A stretch of 63,999 nt of DNA, filler included, from Albugo candida (lineage: Eukaryota): the NCBI GenBank assembly GCA_040437565.1. It is 44 parts of 44 records of this genome, joined end to end, with 100 filler letters (N's around TTAATTAATTAA, not from the genome) between each part and the next. Parts side by side here need not be neighbours in the genome. Positions count along the whole stretch, not along the records: positions 35,533 to 36,878 come from JBDOQK010000536.1; positions 36,979 to 38,324 come from JBDOQK010000537.1; positions 38,425 to 39,767 come from JBDOQK010000538.1; positions 39,868 to 41,208 come from JBDOQK010000539.1; positions 41,309 to 42,648 come from JBDOQK010000540.1; positions 42,749 to 44,087 come from JBDOQK010000541.1; positions 44,188 to 45,525 come from JBDOQK010000542.1; positions 45,626 to 46,961 come from JBDOQK010000543.1; 36 more parts are not named here. One strand, 5' to 3'. This document shows positions 35,501-48,495 of the stretch, piece after piece. The translations under genes were made by a program, and so were the position numbers. The notes beneath the pieces were generated by a model, which was given only the letters and a program-made list of their open reading frames with translations, had not been told where the DNA came from and searched no databases. Position 1 is the stretch's first letter, and the number at the start of each line of letters is the position of its first letter.

Positions 35501-36152
35501 NNNNNNNNNNNNNNNNNNNNNNNNNNNNNNNNTTGTTTTAATAAATAATCGTTATTCTGATAGCAGTATTAATAAAAAATCACGAAATTGCTTTCGCTCA
35601 ACTACGAATTTGAAGAAGCAAAATAACATAAAATCATCAAATTCTGACTTTTATTATTTTTTTGTTAATTTTTTAAATTTTTATGGCAATGGGCAGGTAG
35701 AATCGAGGTGTGCAATATTAACCGAGCCAGTTATGAAGTGAAGAAGAATAAAAACCTTCCGAAGAGACAGGAAGGGAAAAAAAAAAGAGCAAATTATTTG
35801 AATAAGAAAAAGTATAAAAAGAAGAAAGAAAGAATGAAGTAGAGAGAAACAAAATTTAATACAAACCAGAAAGACTCACACTATTACTTGGACAACCAAT
35901 TCAGAAGCTTGACACCAGGATCAATGGGAGCCGCGAAAATACTGTATTTATGGAAACCATCTTAAAAATAGCAGTCATGCTTCAATGCTTAATTTTTTTT
36001 CTACAATTACCATTTTTCATTTTTTTTTACAATTTATCATACAAATAGCAAAAATGTCTTTAACAATGAGAACAAAAACAAGACTTCCGATATGGTAAAT
36101 TTACAAGTGCTTGTATAGTTAGACGACAGAAAAAGCTAATAATGAATATATA

Positions 36153-36878
36153 GGGAAGCAGAAAAATGGCTTGAAAAAAATTACAAAATAGAAAATGGAT
36201 TACCAAACTTCTATAGAGAAGGAATGTACACTTTTGCTATGAAGCAAGTAGCAGAAGAAGATTTTATATCTGTGATAAATAAAGTTGCTAACAAACACCA
36301 AGATTCTAATTTTCGCGAGTGGGCGGCCAATATGAAGTTAAATGAATATAGGGTAACTTTGCTCAAAGAATTGTTTAGTACACTGAATCTTACTTTTTTA
36401 ATTAGGCGGTATACTTGACAACAACACTTGAGTACTGGAGGTACATTGCTGACAAGGAGAAAACTGACACTACTAGAGACAGAGCTCTTGGAATTCATCT
36501 TTCTACTGACAACAAGACAAACAATAACAAAAGAGTTGTGAAGAAACTCAAACCAAACGTAATGACACGTCGCCTTTTATTTATGTAATACTGGCTTACC
36601 TTACTTATTTTCTAGTTTTCTTCAACCGACAATTTTTTTATTCAAGGATATCGTGAGTCGTTTGGTACAATTATTGCACGCTTTGGTAGAAGCTATGATT
36701 CTCACGACAATAAAAGCAGTTACTTCAAGACGTGAGTACATTGATATATCTTATTTATTGTAATAAAAATCTTCCTTTCTGAAACAAAATTGTTATATAG
36801 CTTAGCCATGAATAATGTGATAGATTTATCTGATAACTCTGACGAATCTCATCTTGATCAAGTCACTGAAAAAGCTCA
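36153..36878 (+). CDS. Multi-exon hypothetical gene fragment
   Basis: Short open exons (EAEKWLEKNY...NEYR; AVYLTTTLEYWRY...KLKPN) separated by about 50-60 nt GT...AG introns. No recognisable domain. Confidence 0.35.
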
Positions 36879-36978
36879 NNNNNNNNNNNNNNNNNNNNNN
36901 NNNNNNNNNNNNNNNNNNNNNNTTAATTAATTAANNNNNNNNNNNNNNNNNNNNNNNNNNNNNNNNNNNNNNNNNNNN

Positions 36979-38112
36979 CAAGAATTGGTGGACGTGATGG
37001 CAATTTTGGGTGTTCCACGGGCAATCTGTAGTGATAACGATATGAATAACCAAGCAATTTCAAAAATATTTGAACACTTGCACATCGACCACAGATTATC
37101 AAACCCCTATAACCCAACTGGAAATGCAATTGCTGAGGCGTTTGTAAAGCAAACGAAATTGTATTTAATGAAAAGATTTTATGGAGCAGATGATCAGTGG
37201 GACAAGTATTTAAATGCTTGTATGATCGGTCTAAATATGAAATACAGTCGATTGCATAACACTAGACCATTTACTGCTCAATTTTTTCGGGCTCCTAACA
37301 TGTTTGGAGATATCAATCAAGTTGAACCTTTTTCTTCGAAAAGCATAAATCCAGCTTTAATAGAAGCTAAGATTCGTGAAGTACAGGATATGATTATTCC
37401 TGCCTTGCGACAAAAAATCGAAGAAAGACAATTGAAGGATCACGATTATGCGATGAAACGCAAACGCATAATCTATGAACCATACCCTATTGGAACTAGA
37501 GTGATGGTTGAGGTACCGACTCGTGATGCGAAATCAATCAGACGGTATGAAGGACCTTACCGAGTGATGTCTGTCACTAAGGGGGGTAGTTACAATGTAG
37601 CTTCAATTGCTTCAGGCGCTTTGTTATCTAGACCAGTATCGATTTCACAACTGAAATATGTTGACAGTGATGACGTTAAGCCACGAGACAACGATGATAC
37701 TTGCTTTGATGTATTAGCAGTCGTTGATCATGATGGTGACGATCCTGAAAATAGATTGTATCGGGTCAAATGGAAAGGATTTCCAGAAGACGAAGAAGAT
37801 ACATGGGAACCAATTGAAAACTTTGAGTCTGTAGCTCCTATTAGAAAATATCTCAAAAGAAAAGGTCTTATCGATAATTCTAAATTATATAGAGAGAAAC
37901 AAACTACAGAAAAGTACAAAAACAAAGAGAAGCAACGTAAAGAAAAGGCTGCTGCAAAAGGTAGCAAGGACAAAGTTACAATAAGTAACACAAAAGGAAA
38001 TATTGCGCAAAGCAATAACAAGAAGGCCGCTAGTAATTCTGTTGGACAAAACAAAGTTGTTCCATTTAATAAAAGCAGAAAGCGTACTAGAAGTGGTAGA
38101 GAAAGATCTTGA
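36979..38112 (+). mobile_element. pol: Chromovirus (Ty3/Gypsy) integrase C-terminal half + GPY/F + chromodomain + basic tail
   Basis: GVPRAICSDN, SNPYNPTGNAIAE, YEGPYRV, chromodomain FDVLAVVDH...YRVKWKGFPEDEEDTWEPIENF. Confidence 0.93.
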
Positions 38113-39397
38113 GTTTAACTTACTAATAAGGACTTTCACCCATATATATTTTTACCGTACTACGGGTTTTTAGGGTGTTTTATGTCGGCATTAGAACGAT
38201 CTCTTAGCTTAGTTTATTTTATCTTATTTTATTTTTTATTTATTTTTATTATTTTTTTGGGCTTTTATTCAGAAATATCACAATGGAAGATTAAAATATT
38301 AATCTCGGGTATTTGTAAAATAAGNNNNNNNNNNNNNNNNNNNNNNNNNNNNNNNNNNNNNNNNNNNNTTAATTAATTAANNNNNNNNNNNNNNNNNNNN
38401 NNNNNNNNNNNNNNNNNNNNNNNNTTCTTTCTTTTCTTTCTTCTTACCATTATGCTTCTCTATTATATATATTTTATCCTCTTTACTCTATACCATTATT
38501 AAATTAATAAATACCCTACTTTAGTTGTTATATAGTTTCGCTCTTGTCATGGTTCTTGAATAGATCCTGAGGATACTCAGCCTACTAGCTGGTTCGTAGT
38601 AGTAAGGATTGAATAATACGTTCCGCATCATGAACATGATTTTTTACAATGATAGTAGTATACTATTAGCAAAGTATTATAGGTTATTTGTCACAGACGC
38701 AATTAAACTTGTGGAAAAGAAACTATTATCTACCTTTTTGAATAATAATAATAAATAAAATAGTTGTGACCAAGCAATAATAAAACAACAGCCAGGTAAA
38801 TTACTATTAGGACTCTGTACATACATACTTTATCACTTGATTCTTTTATGGTAGGATTATTGTTGGGCTTGCGTATGTGTAATATTTTGAATTAAGAGAT
38901 ATTAAAATAGTCTGTAGCTTGTATGTATATAAATAGAAGGGGAATATAATGATATGTCATTAATAGAACATCTCTATAATACTTTGTGCAACAAAGTTGA
39001 TTTTTTTTTTGCTATAAATAATCAGCGTGTTAAAGAATTTGAAGCTTCACGCTACATAACTACCAAAACAAACCTTCGTTAAATCAAGAAAATTAAATTG
39101 ATGATTAGATGTAAGCAGTCTCAAAGTTTTTTTAATGAACTGACTCACATTAGCATATCAAAGAAGCCTACAAGCATACGAAAACTAATCGCTCTAAACT
39201 CATTAAAAGTCCAAGATCACAATTTTAATTTACACTCAAAAATTTTAACTTATTGCATTACTTAGTACAAATATTATTTATTTTATTTTTTTGTCAAACA
39301 TAACTAATTAGTATAAAAAAGCTTATTCAGTTCTCTCCTGCTTTTCAAAAAGCAATTGATTAACAGGATCCACCACGTGAAGGTAAAGCTTTAGGAT

Positions 39398-39745
39398 CCC
39401 AAAAAAAAAAAAAAAGAATCGTGTCAAGCAACGCAGAGGGAGGAAAAGTAAGAGTTGAAAGTAAATCTCAACGTCCCACAGTCTATGCATCAGGTCACCT
39501 AAAGATTCCTAGAAAAAAAGAAAGAGTTCCCAATGAAAAAAAAAGAATCGTGTCAAGCAACGCAGAGAGGGAGGAAAAGTAAGAGTTGAGAGTAAATCTC
39601 AACGTCCCACAGTCTATACATCAGGTCACCTTAGCGATTGGGAATCATTTAAACAGACAGAGAGGGAGGGTAGCAAGGATTGGCAAGTATTCCAACACCC
39701 CACAGCCTATGCATAAGCCCACTTAAAGATTCCTAGAAAAAAAAG
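39398..39745. repeat. About 130-bp direct duplication with a degenerate third copy
   Basis: GAATCGTGTCAAGCAACGCAGAG...CATCAGGTCACCT at about 39416 and 39545; TAAAGATTCCTAGAAAAAAA at about 39500 and 39724. Confidence 0.85.
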
Positions 39746-39889
39746 AGTGTCTATTGGGGGAAAAAAANNNNNNNNNNNNNNNNNNNNNNNNNNNNNNNNN
39801 NNNNNNNNNNNTTAATTAATTAANNNNNNNNNNNNNNNNNNNNNNNNNNNNNNNNNNNNNNNNNNNNTGAATAAATTTTTTTTTTTTTT

Positions 39890-40222
39890 TTTGGCTGAAG
39901 AAAAAATCGTAAGCCAAATGAATTTTCATTTGGCTGAAATAAGTGTAAGCCAAATGATTTTTCATTTGGCTCAAAGTGTTGGCTGAAGAAAAAATCCAAG
40001 CCAACTGAATTTTCATTTGCCTTACAGTTTTGGCTGAAAGTGTTGGCTGAAGAAAAAATCTAAGCCAAATGATTTTTCATTTGGCTTAAAGTGTTGGCTG
40101 AAGAAAAAATTCAAGCCAAATGAAAAATCATTTGGCTTAAAGTGTTGGCTGAAGAAAAAATTCAAGCCAAATGAAAAATCATTTGCCTGAAAGTGTTGGC
40201 TTGCATTTTTCCTTCAGCCAAA
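39890..40222. repeat. About 50-bp tandem units with internal TTGGCT...AGCCAA inverted pairs; probable transposon subterminal array
   Basis: GTGTTGGCTGAAGAAAAAAT(T)CAAGCCAAATGA...CATTTGGCTTAAA repeated about 6 times. Confidence 0.85.
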
Positions 40223-41312
40223 AATCTAGCTTGTATTTTGTTTTCGGTCAAGTTTTTATTATTTCACTTTCTCAGTTTTATATTTTTAAATGGCATACTG
40301 TAGTGAGTTGTTTAAAAACAAAAAAAAAATTTAAGGAATCGCATACTCATTATAGCTTTGAATTAGCTACAAGTAAGGAGATAAATAATTTAACTTTTGT
40401 TAAAGGCGACTAGCTTTATTTACTTCAAATTTTTATGCTTTCTTCAAATACATTTACTTTTAATTATACCATATTATTTGCTACCTTTTTTTCAGTTGTT
40501 GCAGTATACCATTTTTCCTTTATAGCACAAAAAGAGTGTTTATTTAATCTACACTTGTTGAAAAAGTCACACATAAGTAGCTGAGAGTAAAAGTTTCCGC
40601 TTAAAAGCAACCATTTTTTTTTTTACTTTTTTTTTCTCTTTCTCTTTTTTTTTCTCTAAAAAAAATTTTCTTCTCTAAAAATTCTTTTCTATTAAATATC
40701 AGCTTTTTACACTGAAAGAACTAGCACCAATTACATAAAGTAAAGATGAGAACAACAACGTGCACAGCAACAGTCAACAGCAAGATTAGCAACAGTAGTA
40801 ATAAAACCTCTTTTTCTTACTATGCATTTGCATTCACTTTTTTTTGAAATGCTTAACTTGGGGCAGAAAAAAAACGACTCGATACAAAAAGAAGGTTTGT
40901 CTTTTTGAATAGAGGTAAATACCTGTTATATATTAGTTCCTTTATACAAATTTCATTTTTTAATTTCAAAGCAGTATATATAGGAAATTATTTTCTTTTT
41001 TTACCAAGCTGTGCTTACTTGGTGGCGGAAATTATAGTATTTGGAATTCTCAAAAACCTTTATCAACTTTTGAAGGAAAAGTAGCTTCAACTACTAAAAA
41101 AAAAGACGAGTTGATAACGCATTTTTTGGTGATGTAAGAAAACGATGTACATCTTGAGTTAATCCAATATTAATATTTTTTTTTTTAAATAGGGTAAAAA
41201 TTGAAAGTNNNNNNNNNNNNNNNNNNNNNNNNNNNNNNNNNNNNNNNNNNNNTTAATTAATTAANNNNNNNNNNNNNNNNNNNNNNNNNNNNNNNNNNNN
41301 NNNNNNNNTACT

Positions 41313-41861
41313 TGTTACAGACTATCTGCGGCACAGCTCAGATAGGTACGCTCATTGGAAGAACAGAGTTACGGAACGGAAGAACCCAGAGGGACACCCC
41401 AGGACACGTGATATTGGAACGGTCCAATATGCCAAGACACAGGACAGTCCAAAATGGACCATGGGAGAACAGTCCAAAATGGACCATGAGGAAAAGGTCC
41501 AACATGGACCATTACTGAACAGTCCAATATGGACCACGACAGGAGAGACGGAAATGGACTTTCGGGACATGTATATAAAGACGTTCATTTCTACCTTGAT
41601 CAAGAGTTATCTTCTGATACTCACGATCAAAGCAGCAGCCTTCATAGCAAGTCATAGCTTTACAGCACTGATCAATACAAGCACACTTCCCTTTGTCTAT
41701 CTGATATCCCAAGCCACCCTTATACCAGACTTGACCAGTGTACTAGCTTCATTGCAGACAAGGAACTCAGAGCGTGACCACAACACTGAGCCAGACTTGG
41801 AGCTACGACCTTGAAGCCGGATACTGAAGTGTCTTCCTACGACTGGACAGCTTCGTTAACA
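41313..41861 (+). mobile_element. Probable 5' LTR (about 549 bp)
   Basis: Starts TGTTA and ends TAACA; TATATAAA at about 41572; U3-type 25-bp repeats containing GTCCAaaaTGGAC at about 41443-41540; upstream of gag. Confidence 0.7.
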
Positions 41862-42237
41862 CTTCGCTGCTACCCCTACATCCATATAGCACCTTGGCTA
41901 CTCCTTTCACCAAGACGTTAGCCTTATATACCCTTAAGGCAACCCACCTATATAGCATTGATCGTGAGTATCATTGCACAATAGGCAGAGCTATATAGCA
42001 TTGATCGTCCCGCACCTACGGTTACAGGCACCCGAACAGAGATTCCGACTCACTGTTCACCCTTTACTACCTCGACGTCTACCCACGACTAGTAGCAAAG
42101 GTTATACCCACACGCATCCACCACGATATCACGACCCCGATTAGTGGAAGCACTTTTACTTGAAAGGAATTAGGTACGTATCCCCTACCCTGAACGTTTG
42201 AAGAACTAACTAGGAACAACGACTATCTTCAACCAAC

Positions 42238-42648
42238 ATGTCTACTGCAAGCGGAACTACCAGCAACCCCAACCACATCCTGACCCAACTCAAGCAACAG
42301 ATCGCTGCCTTGGAAGCGAAAGTCAATGAACAGGATTGTGAGGACGATATCCAGCAGTGTGAAACGCAGATCAAAGGATTAGTCGACGAAATACGTGTTC
42401 TGAAAGCACGCACCGGAGATTCACGAGCATCAGTCAAGATTAGGACACCCGATACCTTTAAGGGAGAACGCAACAAGCTAGAGCACTTCTTAAGTGAATG
42501 TGACATCTACCTAGCTACCAAACCAGGAATTACCGAAGTTGAGAAAGTGATCTTTACAGGATCTTACTTACGCGACACCGCAGCCACATGGTTCAAACCG
42601 ATACTCGAGGACTGGATCAATACCCAGGGACAACCAAAAACATACGCA
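42238..42648 (+). CDS. gag: Ty3/Gypsy Gag N-terminus (3' partial)
   Basis: VKIRTPDTFKGERNKLEHFLSEC...EKVIFTGSYLRDTAATWF is typical of fungal chromovirus-type Gag. Confidence 0.88.
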
Positions 42649-42748
42649 NNNNNNNNNNNNNNNNNNNNNNNNNNNNNNNNNNNNNNNNNNNNTTAATTAA
42701 TTAANNNNNNNNNNNNNNNNNNNNNNNNNNNNNNNNNNNNNNNNNNNN

Positions 42749-43494
42749 TACTTGATTAATATGCCTGTACTTACCTGTCAATTAGCTCGTTTCTATGATA
42801 ATGCTTCTGTTCGTGTGGATAAACTGCGTTTGTCTTGTTCGTGTCGTGTAATTGATGGTGGATTAAATGTGACTATCTATGGTAATAACATGTGTTACGT
42901 GTTCTATATGCTCCGAAATATGAAAAGAAATACGTTACATCGTGTTGTTGGTCCTGTTTCCTGTAGTGCTTACATTAGGTTGGTTATGCTTTATGTTTAT
43001 TTTTTAAGATAGACAGTTAACTAACTTTTGGTTTTTTAAAAAATAGTCAGAATGCTAATAGGGCTAATTATTCTGCACGTGTGGGTCCCGAAACAATTGA
43101 ACCTTTGACACTTCGTGACCACAATACTGTTGTTGATGCGGAATTGGTGACTGCTGGCCTTCTTAGTACTGACAAACTTGGTTTTATTACTCGTCTTTAT
43201 ATTTTACAAAATTGGGATATGCCGTTTGTCCGTGGGTTGGTTTCCGATAAAGTTGAATTCGCTACTGAGGTCCTTCGATTACAGCAATGTTTGGTGACCG
43301 ATGGTTTGCTTCCCGTAGACGTTGAAAACTGTTGTGCAGTTGAAAACGTTGAAGTTACCACCACTACACGTATCCGGCCTGCACAGGTATCGAATGAACA
43401 GGTTGTTGTTATAAACAATGACTTTGTGGTTATTCAATTGGAAAACTACAGTTTGGTTAATCTTTGTGCTGCTGGTCCTTTGATCTTAGGTTAA
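42749..43494 (+). CDS. 3' part of a hypothetical spliced gene (intron about 42979-43046), probably transposon-borne
   Basis: Two open segments separated by GTTGGT...CTAAC...AATAG; followed by a subterminal-type repeat array. Confidence 0.35.
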
Positions 43495-43687
43495 ATAATT
43501 TTACTTGCTCCGTAGTTTGAAATATGTTATGAAAAGGGGTCATTATTAAAATAAATAATAAATAAAAATTATATTTGCTTCATAAATCGCAATAAATGTA
43601 TATATTTACTGTATAAATATTAATAAATGTATATTTGCCTTATAAATTGTTATGTATTGAGTGGTTAGGTGAATATATGCTAGCAGA

Positions 43688-43990
43688 GCGATCCACTTGT
43701 TTGTACGCGATTCACTTACAACACGCACACAAATTTGCGATCCAGTTATTTATACTATGAATACGTGAGCGATCCACCAGTAGAAATTTGCGATCTACCT
43801 GTTTGCACTATAAAATGTTACGATTTACTTGTTTACACTATAAATACGCACACAACTTTGTCCAGACAAAAACGCGAGCTATGTAAATAAGGACGCGATC
43901 CAATCACATAAATTTGCGATCCAACAAACGCGATCCACTCACGTAAAAACGCGATCTACCTACTTGCAAGCCAAAATTTCGCCCAATTAT
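43688..43990. repeat. Dispersed GCGATCCA/GCGATCTA motif array (about 10 copies); probable transposon subterminal region
   Basis: Motif recurs every 15-50 bp in the same orientation. Confidence 0.7.
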
Positions 43991-44217
43991 TTTTCATTTG
44001 GATTGATTACATTATCCCTGGCCCAATCATATTTGATTCTGGGCGAAAAAAAAATTGTACCAAAGTGATTTTTTCACAAAAAAAAAANNNNNNNNNNNNN
44101 NNNNNNNNNNNNNNNNNNNNNNNNNNNNNNNTTAATTAATTAANNNNNNNNNNNNNNNNNNNNNNNNNNNNNNNNNNNNNNNNNNNNTTTTATTAATTTT
44201 CCTTTTTCCTTTTATAG

Positions 44218-45505
44218 AACGCAAGCAATATGGTACCTTGGTCGTTTGATGGCAACTTCGAGCATAAAAGGTTGTTCATGTTGCACCAATACCGCAACAA
44301 CCTTTTTGGAACGCCAGCTTCCATTTCTAGCTATTGGGGGACTCGTGCCGAAGTAGATAGGTTTGCACCTATGGCAGTCGAGAATGATGAGAGCAAAGTC
44401 GACGTAAGTGCTAATAATCTAAATATTACAACCTTTTAACAACAAGTTTTCCTTTTTTAAGTGTATGTTGGATGACCTTGATAGCAGCTTCAAGGCATCC
44501 ACCAACAACAGTCGCAAAATGTTCGAAAGATACGATGAAAACGGTGTCTTTGCTCTCTGCTGCGGAAGGCACGGCGTCCCGTACAAGATGTATGACATAT
44601 ATGAGGGCGAAGGGTATTATAAGATATAGTAATAAGTAGTCTTGAAGTTTTATATACTAAAGTACAATTTTTTAGGCGTAAATACGCCCTTGCTGCAGTA
44701 AATGAGGTGCTGAAGATGACTGGAGAGAACCAGCCCATTGGGTTGATGTACGACATCGTTTGCCTTTGTCAAAAGAAGTTTGAGGTAGGTCTTTTATATG
44801 TTTACTCATTAAGAGTTAACAAGTAATTTTTATTTTATTCGATTTTTTAGGAGGTCTTCCCTGAATTGAAAGGCAGAACCATTTATGGGGTTTCTGTCTT
44901 TCATGCCTTCGCCCATGTAATGTCATGCCAACTCAAGTATCACCCCAGATACATTGAGGGGTTTGGCAATGCTGGTAATGTTAACTTAAAATGTGACTTG
45001 AACATAAACTATGATGCTAATAACAGAAAATATTTAATAGACGGTGAAGGCGGGGAAAGAAACTGGAGTTATTTAGATAACTTTGTTCCCATTACCCGGT
45101 CAATGACCAAAAGCAATAGACAGTTTCTCTTGGCTGAAGCATCAATTCATTTCACAACAATGAAAAAAATTGAACTTCGTAAGTTGCATGAACAAAGAAA
45201 AAATGTGTGAAGAAGACTAACAATAAGTTAATAATAGCTGCTCAAATAAATAAAAAAATAGAAAAAACAAAAAAAAGAATTGCTGAATTGGAAAGTATCT
45301 TTCCACCCGGGAAGTTTGATCATGTTCTTGGTTTATGGGAAGAAAAAGTGGTTGCAATGTCTGTACCAATTACAGACAAATATTTGAACAGACTTGCAAC
45401 CACAGCTATGGAAACAAGACCCAACTCAGATGAAGTATATGAAACATATATTTATAATGCATCCAAGCTCATTGCTATTGAAGAAATGGAGAAAGACAAA
45501 GACTT
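44218..45505 (+). mobile_element. KDZ (Kyakuja-Dileera-Zisupton) transposase, spliced, partial
   Basis: Removing introns 44404-44461, 44614-44675, 44785-44850, 44975-45040 and 45179-45237 gives SFDGNF, DENGVFALCCGRHG, GEGRKY, MYDIVC, VFHAFAHVMSCQ, GFGNADGEGGERNWS, the KDZ catalytic motif series. Confidence 0.9.
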
Positions 45506-45625
45506 GTAAGTATTATAAGATACCCNNNNNNNNNNNNNNNNNNNNNNNNNNNNNNNNNNNNNNNNNNNNTTAATTAATTAANNNNNNNNNNNNNNNNNNN
45601 NNNNNNNNNNNNNNNNNNNNNNNNN

Positions 45626-46955
45626 ATCTTCCGATGCACGTTTCCACGCGCTCGTAGCCATGTCATCATTGCTGCAGTCACCATCTTTCATATCAGTGTC
45701 ATCATCATTGATTGACCTGGAAATAGCCAACACCACCTTATCATCAAGAGCCCTTTTATGTCTATAATCATCAGATCTATAGTATTCTTCACAGCGGTGA
45801 CCTTTGATGAAGGGATTGCCACAATCATACTTGCATAGTTTGGTTGTAGAGTGTGGTGTATTTTTATTTCCATAGAACTTATTGTTGGTAGCTTTAGCGG
45901 GGGCAGAGACACGCGAAAAACAATTCTCCGTGGTGTGCGTATTGTTGGGACCATGCTGTTTACAAATAAACTTCTTTCTTGTAGCACCACCTTTAATAAC
46001 TCTTCCTTGCTTATAAGATGTCCTGGGCTTGAAGAAGTCACCACCAGCTGCTCTTGATACAATTGTCATGTTTTGTGTATTGTTCAAGCTGTTCCTCAAT
46101 TGTTTTTCTTGAGATACTTGCATAGTTGGTTCACCGTTTTTAACCCTTTCTTGATTTTGTGTCCAATCACCACCAAGAATATTTGATACCATTTTTGATA
46201 CTGTTGAGACTGTGTAGGGGTCCTTCTCTGTGTGAGTACCATACCAGGATCTATTGAATGTGTCTCTCATATATGGTGCTGATGAAACTACAAAAAATGA
46301 GGCGATATAATGAGCTTGAGGATCCAGCATTTTCAATTCGCCGATAGCTTTAATAAATCTCGTGGTGTAATTTTTAATTGTTTCATCATAACTCATTCTC
46401 ATTGTCCAGAATAATTCAATATTTTTTCCGAAGTGAGATGAATTGCCAAATTGTTTAGTGAAAATTGCCCTTGCTTCAGCCCATGTTGTTGAATTAGGAA
46501 TAACTTCTTTTTTCCACCATGATTGTTGAATTGAGTCCAATCCGAGAGGAAATAAGCTAGCAAAATAATCGTCATAGTCTAAGTGGCCGGAATCCAATAT
46601 TGTTTCAAATGAGATTAAGTAGCTCTCCACAGATTCAAATACCTCTCTATCTGGATATGGGATAGGGATGTCAGTTACTAATTGGAACTTGGGTATGTCT
46701 CTACCAGAAACAGGAATTCCTAAACTTGCTATTTGATAATTTCTTACTGTTCAAATAATTTTCCTTGATAGATTTATAATAGTCGAGTTGTTCACCAGTT
46801 AGTTTTTGCTTATTCATAATTTCTGATAAGACTGCTGGCTCTGCTTCACTCTGTAATGCTGATTTAGCTTCAATACTGAAAGTCTTAAATCTTTCATCTA
46901 AAATTTTAATCATTTCTTCTACATTTGGATCTGCTGATTCTTCGCGAGTATCCAT
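45626..46955 (-). mobile_element. gag: Ty3/Gypsy-type Gag with CHHC and CCHC-like knuckles; frameshift at about 46715-46750
   Basis: DIPKFQL...FESVESYLISFE...WAEARAIFTKQFG...MSYDETIKNYTTRF...CKQHGPNNTHTTENC...CKYDCGNPFIKGHRC. ORFs 46701..46955 and ..46630 are in different frames. Confidence 0.75.
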
Positions 46956-47084
46956 GGCATCNNNNNNNNNNNNNNNNNNNNNNNNNNNNNNNNNNNNNNN
47001 NNNNNTTAATTAATTAANNNNNNNNNNNNNNNNNNNNNNNNNNNNNNNNNNNNNNNNNNNNAAATCATTATATTATTAGTTTAC

Positions 47085-48346
47085 CTCTGCCATAATTGTA
47101 TTTCTTTCACGAATAGCAAGCTCTAGTGGAGTCATGTTGGTAATTTTATCGACAAAGTTAACTTGAGGTCTAAAATTTTGCATCATCTTTTCGAAAATAC
47201 TTTCATGGAAAGTAAGCTTATTATCTTTTGAATTTGCTTCACCACTTTTTGATTTGTGCTTATGCTTTTTCATTACACCTTGGAAAAAGAATTGGTAAAA
47301 GATAGTACGAGATGATTTTGTATCGATAATGTTCAAATCAACATTAAAATCAAGGAGAATCTATTAAAGAAATGATTGAAACGTTATAAAAAAAGTTTAT
47401 AAAAAAAAGTCAAAATGTTTTCATTCCTACCTTTTGGTTTTCAATACGGTCAAGAACAACATTATACATAAAGCAGGATATTCTACTCTCAGATTTTGAT
47501 TCAAGACCATACACATTGGGGTTTGCACCTGCAACTAAAAGTGTTTCCAACATAACAGGAGGAGCGACTGAGGCAGCAAAAATGGGATGGAGAAGAACAG
47601 TATACTTTTTACCAGACTTATTCTTGTGTTCTACATGACTAGGCTTGTTTACATCAGCATTGTGTTCAATCAAGAGCTTGAGCATTTTCAAGTCGTTATT
47701 CTGGCAAGCAACCATGACAGCATTCACTCTTCCAAAAGAACTGTCTTCGTCAGTGGGGAAACCATGTTGCAAAAGCAATTGAGTGAGATCAAAGTTATTT
47801 GATTTTACTGCTTTGAGTACAAGAGATTCTTCTTTTACGTTGTGAAGTTTTTCTGAGGCTCCAATTACGTTTAGCAATTCCTAATGATGACGAGAGAAAA
47901 AAAAAAAGTCAGTTTTATACAAGTATTCGGTGCAGTATTAAAATATTATATTATTACCTTGACACTATCATAATTTAATGATTCGACAGCATAATACAGC
48001 TCGGATTTTCCTTCCTCATCGGCAGTATTTATATCCTTAACGATATTAGTCATTGTAAGAAGGCGACGAAGTAATATAGTTTGACCATGTTTGGCTGCAT
48101 AGTGAATAGGTGATCTACCTTTGTTATCCTTGCTGATAGAAATATTCAAAGCCAAAAGTCGTTCAATAATGTCTTCAATGTATTCCTCCCAAATTTCGTT
48201 GTTGAATGGTTTAAAATCAGCAATAATATGCCACATGTTTTGTCCGTTAGTAGGCAATGTTTGAGAGAGAGCTTCATCTTTGGCTGATTGCAATAAAATT
48301 TCGACCATGTGGAATTTGCCATTTATCAATGCATCCTTGATAGATT
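47085..48346 (-). CDS. Ankyrin-repeat protein, three internal exons
   Basis: GRSPIHYAAKHGQ, GKSELYYAV, AVMVACQNND...ADVN, GANPN, MTPLELAI; GT-AG introns at about 47881-47957 and 47362-47430. Confidence 0.85.
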
Positions 48347-48495
48347 CTATAAATATTCAAGATGAGATTAATAAACTTGATCTTGTAAAGTGGAGNNNNN
48401 NNNNNNNNNNNNNNNNNNNNNNNNNNNNNNNNNNNNNNNTTAATTAATTAANNNNNNNNNNNNNNNNNNNNNNNNNNNNNNNNNNNNNNNNNNNN

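Noticed and set aside
43688..43990. GCGATCCA motif with variable spacers as CRISPR-like
   Set aside because: The repeat is only about 8 bp and spacing is irregular; it fits a transposon subterminal array better.
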